Source of the DNA: Raillietiella orientalis
Lineage: Eukaryota
Direction of reading: 5' to 3'
Assembly (NCBI GenBank): GCA_036172245.1
Contig: JAYWIR010000009.1
Span: forward strand, 2,914,001-2,978,000
Length of the DNA: 64,000 bases
This document shows positions 47,480-59,975 of the stretch, in pieces. The notes under the pieces are model-generated. The model saw only the letters and a program-made list of their open reading frames with translations, had not been told where the DNA came from and made no database searches. Made by a program: the position numbers and the translations under genes. Each line of letters starts with the position of its first letter. Positions within the stretch are counted from its first letter, which is position 1.

Positions 47480-48240
47480 CTCGATAGCGGAGGACAACGC
47501 TGCGGCAAAGGGGGTGGCTGGTGGGTAGGTCAACATAGTCAGTTCACTACCCACCGCCTCCAAGGTTCTTCCGCTGTTGTTCCGAAACTCCCGGCAGAGG
47601 GTGACTTCCGACGGGGCCCGGGTGAGGTGGACCCACGTCCTCACTTTCTCTGGCGCCAGGCCGGAGTGTCCGTAGGGCTGCAGGAAATCCACGTGTTGGC
47701 TTTCACCAGAGCAGCGATGCACCGGAGGGGGAAGCCGCAAGATGGGAGGCGGAGGTGGTGGCACGCAAACAGGGTTGCGAGCCCTTCACCAACGACCGCC
47801 AGCCGGGAGAGCGAGCGTGCAGGCGCGGTGACCGCAACGAGATGTTGCATCCGAGACATAGTGACAGTCCGCCAAGTGCCGGGGTCGGGTTCGTGGCGAA
47901 GAGAGACCACCAGTATGGCAGCAACCCTCACGAGAACAGCAGCAAGGTGGTCCCATCTGACAGAAGTCGCCAAGCAGATCGCCACCGTCCAGAGCAGCTT
48001 CTAGAAGGAAAGGAATGTCGTTAACCAAAGACCCCTGTCCCCTCCCTTCCATCTTTTTTTATTTATTTATTGTCCCCTCCCTCCGTCTCCTACTTTTCGG
48101 AAGCCGGCCTCGTGCCAGTGGTTATCCCGGATGAACTTTTTGTTTTTGGCTTTTCTCGTTTTTAAGAAGGACTCTTCTTCCCCTCTTTCTTGTAGTTTGT
48201 TCGTTTGTTTTTACATAAACGTCCCGGCGTCTTCGGGTAA
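47480..48240 (+). mobile_element. Tx1/L1-like element 3' end, copy G (head-to-head with F)
   Basis: RTAARWSHL, DPCP, T-rich tract and terminal ataaacgtcccgg-cgtct-tcggg hairpin at 48223-48237. Confidence 0.65.
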
Positions 48241-51200
48241 AAGTCGTCGAAGCGCCGAAAGATAAGGTGCACAGGCACGCACGGCGGACTGGTCCACAAC
48301 TCAGCATATAGTGCCAGCTGCCGGAACTGCACCTGCATCCCGATTTCATTCCCTCTCCGGGACGCCCCGGCCAGCATCCCTGGCACGGTGCCCTTAAGCC
48401 TTTGAGGCAGACCGTGGACCTCTGGGATCAAGGAGGGACGCATCGCTTGAGCGCAGGGACGATGTCTGATTTTCAGATCGAATGATGGTCGGCGAGGCCG
48501 TTGGTCCCGCTCTCTGGAAAGGATGACCTACAAGAAGTCCCTTGCCAAGTCCCACCACTGAGGGTATCCGGTCCTTGGCGGTACCTCGCCACCTATTTCC
48601 GGAATCCGCCCTCCGTCTTCTTCCATGGCAACGTTTCATGATGTGAGGGGCTCTCTGGAGCTCCTGGAGCGATGCCTTCGTCCCAAGCGAGATTCCGTCT
48701 CTGGTGCTCCTGGAGAGGCGGCACTTCGAGAGGTTTCCGAGATCTGAAATCCGCCTGGCTCTCATCTCCCAGTGAGTTCCAGGAAGGTCTTCGGAAGCAA
48801 ACTCGCTTCCGGAGCCACTATGGACAAGGCTGGACGAGAGCTGCCGCTGCCGCAGGATCGTGGAAAGGGCAGATCAGGGAAAGTTTCTCCCAGAACTTTC
48901 CATCAAAATTGCGCTCACGTTCAATCGCCCAAAACCCCCAACAGGAGCCGCAACATCTTCGAGATTAATGGCAAGTAGCTCTGGGGAGCGGGGGGGCGGA
49001 TTTCTCGGGCACTTTGGTGAGAGGTATTCCCTCGTCCCGAAAGTTCCTTGGATTTTCCTTGGACGTGCGTGGAAGGGAGTTGGGGGAGGCACGTCGGCTT
49101 CCAGAAGCAATCTCGAAGAGTGGAAACTGAGCAGCATCCGAGATCTGGACGACGCTGTCCCATCCCTGGCAAGTGGCCTCATTTGTTCCTATTGATCGTT
49201 GCCGTCGCGCTGTCACCTCGGCGACCTCACTCATTGTTGTCTTCGATTCGCTGCGACCGTCGCGTGGTCCTCGCGCACCTCTCCCGTCCATTGCTGCCGC
49301 TGCACCGCCTCCATCTTTTCCTGTTCGTTGTGTGAAGGAAATGCCGTTACACGTGCGACCGTCGAGTGCTGGAGGAGCAGGCGGATCATCCGTTCCGAGA
49401 CGCCACGCAAGCTGAGCGTGGAAACCCTCGAAGGAGAGGGACCTGAGCAGAGTGACGTAGCACGCGCGACCTTTGACACGCTTCCCTTCGTGGGCGCCCT
49501 CGTCGCCCGCGCAAGAGACAGATCCAAATGATCCGAATCCATCTCTCTCCATCCACCCGATGCCATCCCGATGGGGGGCTTCCTGCGAGGGAGGGAACAG
49601 TTCTTGCGTCCCCCTCCGACTGAGGTCCCGGAGACGGCAGGTGCGCGCCATCGGGCAGAGTCCCAGTCCCAGCCTCCAGAATGAAGGAGACCCTGCTGGC
49701 GCGCGATCTTTCCGTTTCCCACGACCCTCTTCCCATGTTCCAGGGGAGATTTTTCCGGGAGTGCTAGCATGTCTCGACCCCCAGACAGCTTCCGCTTCGA
49801 GTACTTCCTCCTTTCCCTCCCTCCCCCCCTGCACATTCGTTTTTGAACGGCTCGTTACCTGGGAGGAGGCTGGACGTCCTCTGCCGGGGGAGGACGCCGC
49901 GGCTGTCGCTTGCCGGGCCTGTCTGCCCGGGGCGACCTGGTCACGGAGGAAACCTCGGAGAACCGGCGCTCAAGAAGGAGGGCCGAGGCGGGGAAGGAGG
50001 AAGAGGAAGCCGGATGTGGGATCCGGCCGCTGTTCGGGGCCGCATCAGAAACATCAGCGGAAGGTAGCGACAACAGAGAAGGGCGGCGGGGCTTCAAGAG
50101 CGCGGAGAGTCGAGCTCACCCCCTCCTGGAAAGTCGACAGGAGGTCGGGCCATCTCGGGAGCAGGTCGCTCGCAGCGGGAAATCTCCGGAAAACTGTGCG
50201 GGCTTTTTCGGGAGGACGGCGGCGGCTACCGGGTCGCCTAGGGAACGGGGCGTGACTCATCTGTCAGGGAGGTCAGCGGTAGAGAAGGGATGGAGCGTCT
50301 CGGAACGTCTTCGTCAACAAAGCGCCCCGGAAACAAACGCTCCCGGAAGAGGGGGAGACTTGGAGAGGGGGACAAAAAGCGGGGCATCAGCGAATTAGAA
50401 AGTGCGGAAGATTGGCGTGTGCTGCTCTTTCTTATCCGTTCTCCTCCTCTTCCTCTCCCTCCCTTTTCTGATCCTCCTCGCCAACTGCCCTACCTAAATG
50501 ACCCAAGGATTTGAGTGGGGTCATCTTTCAGCGAGAGTTCCTTATCTCTTCCGATGACGGAACGCCCGCTGTGCGTGCGTGCGCGCGTACGCGCGTTACC
50601 ATGATTCCCCCTGCCAGAGGCTTGATGGATCGCCGCGGGTGAGTGAAAATCCACGGAATTCCGCCTGGAGCCGCACTGCGAGGGAAGACGACCCCAGGGG
50701 GAAGACGAGGAACAGAAGGGAAGCAGCACAAGGGGGGAGGAGGGTCATCGTGACCAGGAGAGTCTCAGGAGAAACGGCGGGAGAAGCAGCACTTCCGCTG
50801 ACCCCACCTTGGGAAGCCACGCGCCCGCCAGAGAGAAGGCGTCGAGGCGCCGTAGGTGCGGCGAGCCAGCCGGCGGACTCAGGGAGGAACGAGGGACCGT
50901 CTCCGGGGACGCCCCGTGGCGCAGGAAAGACTGGACCTTTCCAGGATGAGAGTGGAGCACAGCACCCTCAGAAGGCCATTCTGCCCGGGGCCTTATCGTG
51001 AAGGCGTGCCCGTTTCGGAGGCAGGGGGAAAGGGGTCCAAGGAATCCCCCTTGGCGTTGGCATCGTCTGGGTCCCTGACAGGCAGCTCTTCTGCCGGGAG
51101 TGGGAGGGACCAGAGCGGCAGCCGGCGCGGAACGGACCTTAGCGGGCAGGGACCCGTCGGCCTTGGGCGCTTAGGGACACCGACTGGAAGGCGCGAGACG

Positions 51201-52619
51201 TGGGCCACGATCCCCTCGCGGAGAGGAGAGGCGGGCGCTTTTCTCCGGTCAGCTCTCCTGGCAAGGAGACGAGGAAGGACCACAGGAACGGAAGGAAGGC
51301 GAATGGAGGAGGAGGAGGAAGAGGGAGAATCCACTCATTCCCCCTTCTGGAACCGGCGCTGCAGAAGGACCCGGCGCGTCCCTGTTGCTTGGGAGCAACC
51401 GTGGTCAGGGGATAAGGGAACCAGGAGTTCTTGCTTCAGGAGACCCGTGGCAAGGAGGACCGGAGGTCGGTTATCAGGGAATACGGTAGCGGTCCCTGCC
51501 GGAGGAGCTCCAGGCTGCCCTCTGGAGAGAGACGCATGGGTAGCGAGGGGAGAAGAAAAAGAAGCGGGGAGGAGTGGAGCATAAGCCGCCCACTCGAAGA
51601 AAGGGGAGCAGAGAATCTCATCCAATTTTTCCCTCACTTGGGGCAAGGTTTCTTCTTCTTGAATTCCTCCTCCTCCACTTCTTCCCTCCCTTCCTGCCTT
51701 TTTCCTCCTGTTCCCTCCATCCCCCACCTCTTTTCTTCCTCCTCCCATAGCAAAAGGTGAAGAAGATGGAAGGTGGACGCCTCCCCCTTCGACTTCACGA
51801 GGGACAGTGGAGCTCCGGCTCCCTTGAAGGAGAGCCAGGCCCTGTCCACTCATCCCGCTCTACTCCCGGTGGGGAATTCCGAAGTAGCACCTGAGGCTGC
51901 AGCGGTTCTCCCTCAAGGGACCGCTGAGGACAGGGAAGAATACCTTCGGCCTGCCGCTGGATCTTCCAGTCAGAGCCCAGAGGTTCCTCGCGGCGGAGGA
52001 ACTTCCGTCTCCGAGGTCCTCCCCCGAGTCAAGGGCCTGTGGTTCTTTCGTCGCGTGATTGATTCCCGTTAGGAGTCGCCGGCGGCGACCCCGCAACGGA
52101 CGGCTCGACCCGAAAGCGCGCAGCGGTGATTCATCACGCCTGCGCCACCCCTCCCTTGACCGCGCGCCTTATCGACATCAGCATCTCGGCAGACCGCCGT
52201 GCACAGACCCATCCGGCGCCTCTCTGCCTTCTCCTCCTCCTCCCCCCTTCCTCTCCCTTCCTCTGGTCGACCCCGACCTCCCGGACACTGGCGGCAGCAC
52301 CTCTCTCGGAAAGGCTGCCGTCCCGCTGCGAGCGCTCCGGAGGGGAACCGAACCTTCGTGCCCAGTCCAGTAGTAGAAGGGGAGGGCGCTCTCAATTCCG
52401 ATGGAACGGAGATGCCCTCCCTGGCCGCAGCGCACGAATTCGACCGACGGAGGCAGCGCCGCCCCACGGATCCTCAAAGACTCCATGCCCTCCCTTCGCC
52501 GTGGGCGCTGCTGGCCCCGAGATTACAACTCCCGAGGCGCCGGCGGCGCCCGCGCTGCGCGGGAGTGAGGGCGTGCGCCATCCTCTGAGAGAAACTCGCG
52601 CTTTCGTCGCAAATGCCCA

Positions 52620-53650
52620 TGTGGAGGATCGACGCCAAGAAGGGAGGTGCGTCGTGGGTTTCGAGTTACTCCTCAGGACCGTACCGACTGGCCTCGGGTG
52701 GTGATTCAGGCGTTGACTGGCTTCGGGGATTGAAAATTGACCGTCCGGGGTCCTTCCAGGAATCAATAAGTCCTTCGGAGTCCTCCTCCGGCTGGGAAGA
52801 TGGAGCCGTTCCACGGAGCTCTTTCGGGCGTGCCTCTCCAGAGTGTTGTAGAAGGCCGCTACTCCCTTCGGGGAGCGCCCTCCAGAGAAACTGGGAAGCG
52901 TCTCTTCGGGGTTCTTTCTTCTTCTGAGGAGGAAACCAGGAGAGAATCCTTTCCAGAAGTCCTTCTGGGAAGAACGAGGAAGAGGAACTCTTCCTCGAGC
53001 AGAGAGAAAGGATGGCGGAAGTCCTCTTGAGCTCATCTGCTTTCTCTGCTTTCCTCTGGACTTTTCTCTTTTTCGAGTTCCATTCTTTCTGAAGCATTCG
53101 CCAAGGGGCGAAGAGACGCTTCACCTCCTTGGGTAGACCCACGGAGCTCTTTTAGCGTCATGCACGCCAACGAGAGCACATGGGACCCTGGAAGGGGACT
53201 CCCTATGAATCCAGGAAGGCTCCGGAAGATGAAAGTGTTCTTTCCTCATACGCCCTGGTCGTCTCCTAAGGAAACCAGAAGGGAGCCACATGTTCCTCAT
53301 TCTCTCCGGAGGTATCCCCTCCGGGGGACGCTCCTGGAATTTCTTCTCCAAAGGGAGCCCGCAAGGAAACCGCTTCTCATTACCCCACTGAACCCCGAAG
53401 GAGCGCCTTTGAATTTTGCTAAGGAGTGCTCTCCGAAAGGAACAGCGGGCTGCTGACATTCTGGAGGGTCACCCTCTGAGGGAGAAGGACGGGTATGGCC
53501 TCATTTTCACAACTGGAGGGGAAGCCCGAAGGGTTCCTTGATCCCTGGAAGAACCCCGGAAGATCAACTTACAATTCCGGAGGCCAGTCAACGCGGGCAT
53601 CACCACCCAAGGCCAACCGGCGAGTCGAGTCGGAGAGTCGAGAGTCGAGC
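52620..53650. mobile_element. Head-to-head pair of homologous Tx1-like RT/post-RT fragments (52620-52990 minus, 53190-53650 plus)
   Basis: GLIDSWKDPGRSIFNPRSQST (-) versus GFLDPWKNPGRSTYNSGGQST (+). Both match LWKHPGGSNFNPDQST at 58768(-). Confidence 0.65.
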
Positions 53651-53849
53651 CATCGTGCTCGCAGGCTACTGCCAGCTCGGCCGTGATGCTCAGTGAAAGG
53701 CGGCAAAAAGAAGGAGAGCAAAGACCAGCGGCTTCCCCTGCCTCCCGATGTCATAGCAGCAACGGCGTTGGTTCGAGCATCCTTCGTCAGAACCTCGAGA
53801 ATCCAAGACTCGAAGTGCTCCTAGCACCGCAAGTCCATCAGGTACGGAA

Positions 53850-54360
53850 AGCAGATGATGAGACTCGACGGCACGCATCCCAGCCGTGGCCTATACTGGT
53901 CACACGTCCAAGCCACCGGTCACGATGGACGGTGCCTGCGATGTCCATGAATTCAGCGTCGCTCTCCTGACCAGGCATCATCAAAGGGTGGGGAATCGCC
54001 TCAATCGCCGCTTTGCATGCCAGCACTTTCGACGAAAAGAAATGGTGTACCTGTGAGTGCACCGTGGGTGTGCCGACGACAAGAGCTTGCTCTGCAAATG
54101 GGGAAGAACGAAACTGTGCAGCATGGCTGCTGAGCTTGAGTTCGGCAGCGCGCACCAAAACAGCGCTCTTGTCGTTCTCCATATTCTTGCGACCTTACGT
54201 GTGAATCTGGACACACACGTACGTGCTTGTGCATGGTCGATTACGCTAATTTGTGGTTTTTCTGCACATGTATGTGGAAGCATGAGCTCATGCTTCTCGC
54301 AGCTTCCATGATCGGGGATGCTCGGATTCTTACACCTTATAAATAGCGACATGTGCAATG
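53850..54360 (-). mobile_element. Decayed Gypsy-like integrase core fragment
   Basis: CVSRFTRKV (VDxFTK), VGTPTVHSQVHHFFSSK (FGxPxxxxSDxGxxFxS) and PGQESDAE (PQxxGxxE). Confidence 0.5.
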
Positions 54361-54481
54361 AACTTGTGATTTTCGATATCTGGAACGGATGGCTCTGAGC
54401 TTCGCTCTCCTGCGTTTGGTCAGCTGTGTTTCTTCCTAGACAGGCTGAGTCGAACAGTCAAGAGTGGAGAGTACTGCAGTT

Positions 54482-54694
54482 TTCTCAAGCAACAATGAAA
54501 TGCTCCGTGCTCCGAGGTGTCTCGCTCTCAACAATGGGAACATCCGTGCTTCCGACTTTCTCGCTCTCAACAATGGGAACATCCGTGCTTCCGACTTTCT
54601 CGCTCTCAACAATGGGTACATCCGTGCTTCCGACTTTCTCGCTCTCAACAATGGGAACATCCGTGCTTCCGATTTTCTCACGCTCTCAACAATG
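54482..54694. repeat. 39-bp minisatellite, 4 near-perfect copies plus 2 partial/degenerate
   Basis: Unit ctcgctctcaacaatgggaacatccgtgcttccgacttt at 54521, 54560, 54599 and 54638, with no spacers. Confidence 0.95.
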
Positions 54695-57564
54695 AGGCTT
54701 TGTGTATTCACTGATTTCTACGTCTGTTGGGAACGCCCTCGAGATAATTTTTCGGAGGTTCCGTCAATCACGCAGCGATCCTGACGACTCAACGCACAAC
54801 CCGATGACCTTCCGGCACGTCCCCCGTCCCCCCTCGTTTCGAGTCTCTTCCTTCGAGCAGACAGGCCTTTCATCGAAGTTTTCGTCATAGAGGTCGTTTA
54901 GGGAGGCCCCACACGTCCCGAAACCGGAGAACACGAGATTCCCGTCTCCAATTCGTGGTCCTCGAGATGAGAGAGATGGGAAAGAAAGGAGAAGGCACAC
55001 CACCGGTTCTCCTTAAAGGCCGTCCGCTTGCCTTCTCCGTGTGACGAAATCAGACTTCCCTTGCCTGGGAGGAAGAGAAAATGGTTGGCGAGGAGAGAGA
55101 ACGAGGTTGTCACGGTTTCTCTGTCTCACATTGAGGTCGAAAAACGCTTTCGAACGCTCCACTCCTCCTCCTTGCCCCCCTTTTCCTTTACCTTCTTTTC
55201 TTCTCCTCCTGTTACCTTCTTCCACGACGATGGGCAGTTTCGACCGCTGGAAAAAGCCTCTGACGACGGACCTCACGAGCTGGGAAAAGGAAGTCTGACC
55301 TCCTAGGTTCCTTCCTGTTCTCACGCAGACCTCTGGCCGTCGGCGTTTCCCCTCTTCCGCCCTCTCGAGATGAGACCCTGACGGCCTTTCCGCGCGCGTC
55401 TGAAAGAGCCGCCGCCTGCCTCCTCTCCACCTCCTCGTCCCACAGATGGGGTCGTGAGAGCCGCCGCTCGCGCAGGTCCCGTGAAGGGACACACAAAGCG
55501 ACGCCCTCGGTCTTGGGCCGCGGGGGGAAGAGTGGAGCTCTCGTCGCTTCCAAGCAGCCACCGCTCCCTGCTTGAAGGGGGAAGAAGGAAAAGGGTGCTT
55601 CTCGGCTTAAGTGATGGCCGAACGCCCCCTTCCCCCGTTTCGAACCCCTCAAGGAAGGGAGCAGCAGGGAGTTTTGCCGTCGTTGCGCTAGACCTGCGAA
55701 AGGGGGGAGGAGACAGAGAGGAGGGGGGAGGGAAGGGAGGACTAGTGACCTCCGCTGCGAGCAGGACTCGAGGAGGAAAGGGAGCAGGGTGCAAGGGAGG
55801 GACCACAGGCGAGGCTTTCGCATCGCGTGGAGGCGAGGAGGCTGCTGCTCCTCCCTCTGACTTCCCCTCCCCCCGTAAAGACGTTCCCGTCTCGGTTTCC
55901 CGAGGGAGCGAACGGAGGAGGTGGACAGGAGAGAAAGGGACGGCACGCGGGAAGAACAGAGATGGAGAAGGAAAGGGGCATCCCTTCCTCTCTCGTTCCT
56001 CCTCCCATCCAGGAGCCCCGCGTCCGCTCCCTCTCCCGCCGCCTCGCTTTCGCGGACCCGGGAGACGCGCTCGGGCGCCGCCGGAGATGCGTCGTCCGGA
56101 CGGGGATCATCCAGGAAGCAGCGGTGCGTGAAAGCGCGTCCCGATGCCGGGAGGGAGGACGGTTATTACCATCCCTTCGCTCCCTTCCTCTCCGTAGCTC
56201 GGAGGGAGCTCCTGGAGACGGGCGGAGGGGAGGATTCCGTCTCGGGAAGATCAATCGGAGCGGGGAAGCTGCGGGGCGGAGGAGCTCCCGTCCGCCTCCA
56301 GATCGATCCCGGCTGATGGCGCCTGGGTGGAACGCGGGAGGTGGTACTGGGCCCAGCAAAAAGGCCAAAGAGGGACGCGCCCCAAACCCTTATTTTTTTT
56401 TCCTCTCGTCCACCCCTGGAGGCTCCCGAGGGGTCTCGAGGACTCTCCCCCTTCGGGAAGCCGGCCCGAGGTAGAGACGGGAACCGCCCGTCAGGGCATC
56501 GTGGACCCGCCGCTTCCACAGGTTCTCTTCCCCTTCCCTTCCTTCACGTGCCTTCGTGTTCTTTTCTTCCCCCCCCCCCTCCTCCCTCATCCTCGTCCCG
56601 ACTGTCGACCTCCGAGAAGGGCATGGGACAAGCGGCGTTCCTCCCTGAGAAGCCTTCGTTCCCGAAAAGGCAGGGAACGGTCCTAAGCGCTCCGACACCT
56701 TCCGGGAGACAGTGGCGCCGCGCGCAGGGTGCCGAGGCGCAGGCGCTCCTCGCCAGCCTCTCAGGAAGCACGCTTCCCACCATTTCGCTGCCAGAAGCGT
56801 CCTGGCGGTCGGAGGGCTCTGCAGCAGGGGCCGCCCGGAACCATGAAAGGGACTGCTTGGGGGAGGAAGCGGCCCCCTGAGCAGATCTCCCAAGCAGGAG
56901 GTAGCGGGGAAAGCGGAGCGGAGCAGCCTCGATGCAGAGGGCGCCTCCCTGCAGAGGAAGCTCCGCCTGTGGAAGGCGGAACGGAAGGACCGCCGCGGAG
57001 GACAGAGCAGGGGCTGGTGAGCGCGGGAGGTGAAGGAGGGAGGGCAGCAGAGGATCGCAACGTCCTTCCACCGCGACCTCCCGTCCTTCCGCCGACCTTG
57101 CGAGGCAGCCGAGCGCTCAGAAGGAAAGATCGGATTCGGAGGCTGCATGGGTAGCGCAGATTGGGCTGGATCAAGTTGTTGTATGAACCACGCACGCACA
57201 TGAGAGTGGAGAATCCGACAGCCGGAGGCCTCGCAAGTGCACAAGTGAACGTCGCAGGGTCGACTTTTGCAGTCTTCGCATGACCCACCATTCCCCAAGG
57301 TCGTACATACCTTCCACAATCTCAGCACACGAGAACGAAGCACGCCTGAAAGCAAACGAAGGGACAGAGCTATAGGGCTGCCAGAATGAAGCCCGCGTCC
57401 GAAGACATGTGGCTGCTGAGGTTTCCGCGCATTGCACCGAGCGTCGCGAGTCCGAATACTCAAAAAGAATCGACGCCGAGAGATGGGGGTGCGTCGTGGG
57501 TTCGAGTTCCTCCCGCCAGATGACGCTGTCTGGCTTCTATTCATTCGGCTGCATCACTGGTTGA

Positions 57565-59155
57565 CATCCGGTCACTCCGGGGGTTTATTGATAGAAAAAT
57601 AGTGTTTACATACGCCTGCAGTAGGACATTCGATCCTGCCAGGCTGCTTATAGTTACGGAAAGGAACCTGCAAGGAACTGGCACATAGACCAGCTGGGTT
57701 CGCCTCGGCAGCACAGGGCAAGGGGAGGCAAAGAAAAAGAAGAAAAAATAAGACAAAAAATGTACAGTTAAAAAAAGGAGGGATGGGGAGTCGGGAAGGG
57801 ATTACTGTGTGCTGAATGGTGTCCTCTGCATCCTTGTAAGGATGCCGGCAAGTTCCTGTTTCAAGACTTCCAGATGAGGCCATCTTGACTCTGTCCTCAT
57901 GAAGAGAACGGCAGAATAGATGGCGTGCCTGTCGTTCTGGCCTCTGGAGTTGCTGCTCCATGCAGCCACGGTCCCGCAGCGTAGGCAGCAAAGTGCTGCT
58001 GGGAATGCGACCTGCGTGCGGGCATCGCGCTGCTAGAGGCGCTAAAGTGAGTCTCTGGGGTTGCCACCGGGGATTCCAATGGTTGCGGCAAAGAGTCCCC
58101 AAAGGTGCCGGAGAGCAACACAGTCTACCAGAACTGTGCGGAAAGAGTGCCCTCTCCCCTCACGTTGCACAGTTTGGGATCACACACACCCGTGTCCACA
58201 GATGCCGGCGGGCGTTACACTGGAGGCCCCAGTGCAGCAGCATCAACGCCGACTTCTGCCACTTCAAGGGGAGGGTGCGGGTGCTGATCAGCACCGGGAG
58301 CAACTGCAATTCTTTTTCCGGAATACCCAGTAGCACGCCCTAGCGCAAAAGTCCACGGGGTCAAGCACTCGGGGTCCCAGCGTCGGTGAGCTGGTCCGTC
58401 GTCAACCCGCCCAGTCTTTTTGGCCCTTCGGAGATTTCCACAGTAACCTCCCATCTGGCGGTAAGGCTGCTACCCATGTGCTCCCTGAGGGAGGGCAGCG
58501 CGGCGGCGAGGGTGGTCCTGGTTGTCCGCGCACTCTCTCCACGGGATCTTCCAGGATCTCCTGGAGCTTGCAGTTGTTGTTGTGCGCGTACAGGAAACGT
58601 CGCACCTGTTCCACGCTTGGCTCTTGGATCCCCGCCCATGTGCGCATGGTTCTCTGCAACCGGGCACCACCGTTCGCGGTGCGGCACTGGTAGAAGACGA
58701 AAGCCCACGAATACCATCGTCGACTGGTCAGGATTGAAATTCGACCCTCCGGGGTGCTTCCAGAGCAACTCAAGGAGCTCCGGTGCCCTTCAGGGTTCTT
58801 CTCCGGTTGCGAAGGGCCCCCTCCCCCTCGGGGAGAGGAAGTGTTTCTGCGGAATGTTAAGAATTAGCGCCACTCACTTCAGGAAGTGCCCTTCAAGAAA
58901 TTGGGCGTCCCTTTGAGGTTCTCTTCGGAGGAACACCAACAAAGAGCGATTCCCTGCGGGTCCTCTCCCGAGAAGAAAACAGGAGCGTCCATCTCCGGGA
59001 GGTCCCTACGGAGGGAACAAGGAAGAGGAGGTCTCCTTCGAAGTTCCCCTACCAAGCATAAGAGGAAAGGACTCTCTTCCTCAGGAGCCCTTCCTGGATT
59101 CATAGGGTAGTTCCCTCCCGGGGTACCCGTATCTTGAGATCGGTGGAAGTGCGAA
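57565..59155 (-). mobile_element. Tx1/L1-like element, copy D (RT C-term, post-RT, zf-RVT, 3' UTR); upstream part resumes at ~60025-60340
   Basis: PEGRISILTS (LSxxGR), a zf-RVT segment homologous to copies A/C/F, the DPFP-equivalent gtaatcccttccc and the 3' UTR motif at 57567-57711. 60025-60130 matches 8830-8950, which directly adjoins the same RT segment at the 8.5-kb locus. Confidence 0.75.
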
Positions 59156-59159
59156 AAAA

Positions 59160-59975
59160 TTAGGTGGGTAGACCACCGGCCAGCTCACGGACGCTGCGAT
59201 CCCAAGGGTCCCACCGAAGGGACTCTTGCGATGAGGCGATCTTCTAAGAATATCAAAGGAAGACCTCGAGTGGCCCCCAGTGCTGAGGAACGATCGTGCC
59301 CTCCCGCTGAAGTGGGAGGAGTCGGCGCTTCTGCTGTTGCACTGGGGTCTCCCGTGCAGCGCCCGCTGCTCTCACTGGACCCAGGGAAATGTGGATCCGA
59401 ACTGCTGCAGGTGCAGGGAACGGGAATCCCAAATTCCTCACCTGCTTGTAGACTGTGTTGCCCTTCCGGCCCCTGTGGTTGCCTTACGCAGTGGCCCTTG
59501 TGCACCGACGGACAATCCCAGGGACGCCTCTTAGTGCGCGATGCCTTTACGCCTGCCTCATCCCTAGAAGCTCTTTGCTGACTAAGTGGGACTGTGGCGG
59601 CCTGGAGCTACGCGAGAGGAGGATAGCGTGATCGGGGCGCCACCTGCTACGCCCTGTGCTTCCTGCGGACAGCAGCCAAATGGCGCCACCTGGGGCATAC
59701 TCAGAAGGAACTTGATTCCTTGATCCTGGAAAGGATGCAGAGGACGTCCTCCAGCACTGGGTGATCCCTTCCCTAACCCACCCAATTTTTGTATATATAC
59801 TTTCTTATTTTTATTTTTGTTTGGTCTCTCCCCACTCTGCTGCCAAGAAGGACCTCGCCGGCCTGAGCGACGGTTATTAGGCAGGTTCCGAGCATTTCTG
59901 GACAATGTAGGGCGATGACCCTACACTTTGTATGTTCATTTCATATAATAAACGTCCCGGCGTGACCGGGTGGTA
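59160..59975 (+). mobile_element. Tx1/L1-like element 3' end, copy B (5'-truncated, nested antisense in D)
   Basis: LPLKWEESALLLLHWGLPCSARCSHWTQGNVDPNCCRCRERESQIPHLLVDC, DPFP and the 3' UTR motif. Closest relative of copy A. Confidence 0.85.

Noticed and set aside
54482..54694. 39-bp repeats as a CRISPR array
   Set aside because: The units are head-to-tail with no unique spacers, there are no cas genes, and the context is eukaryotic.
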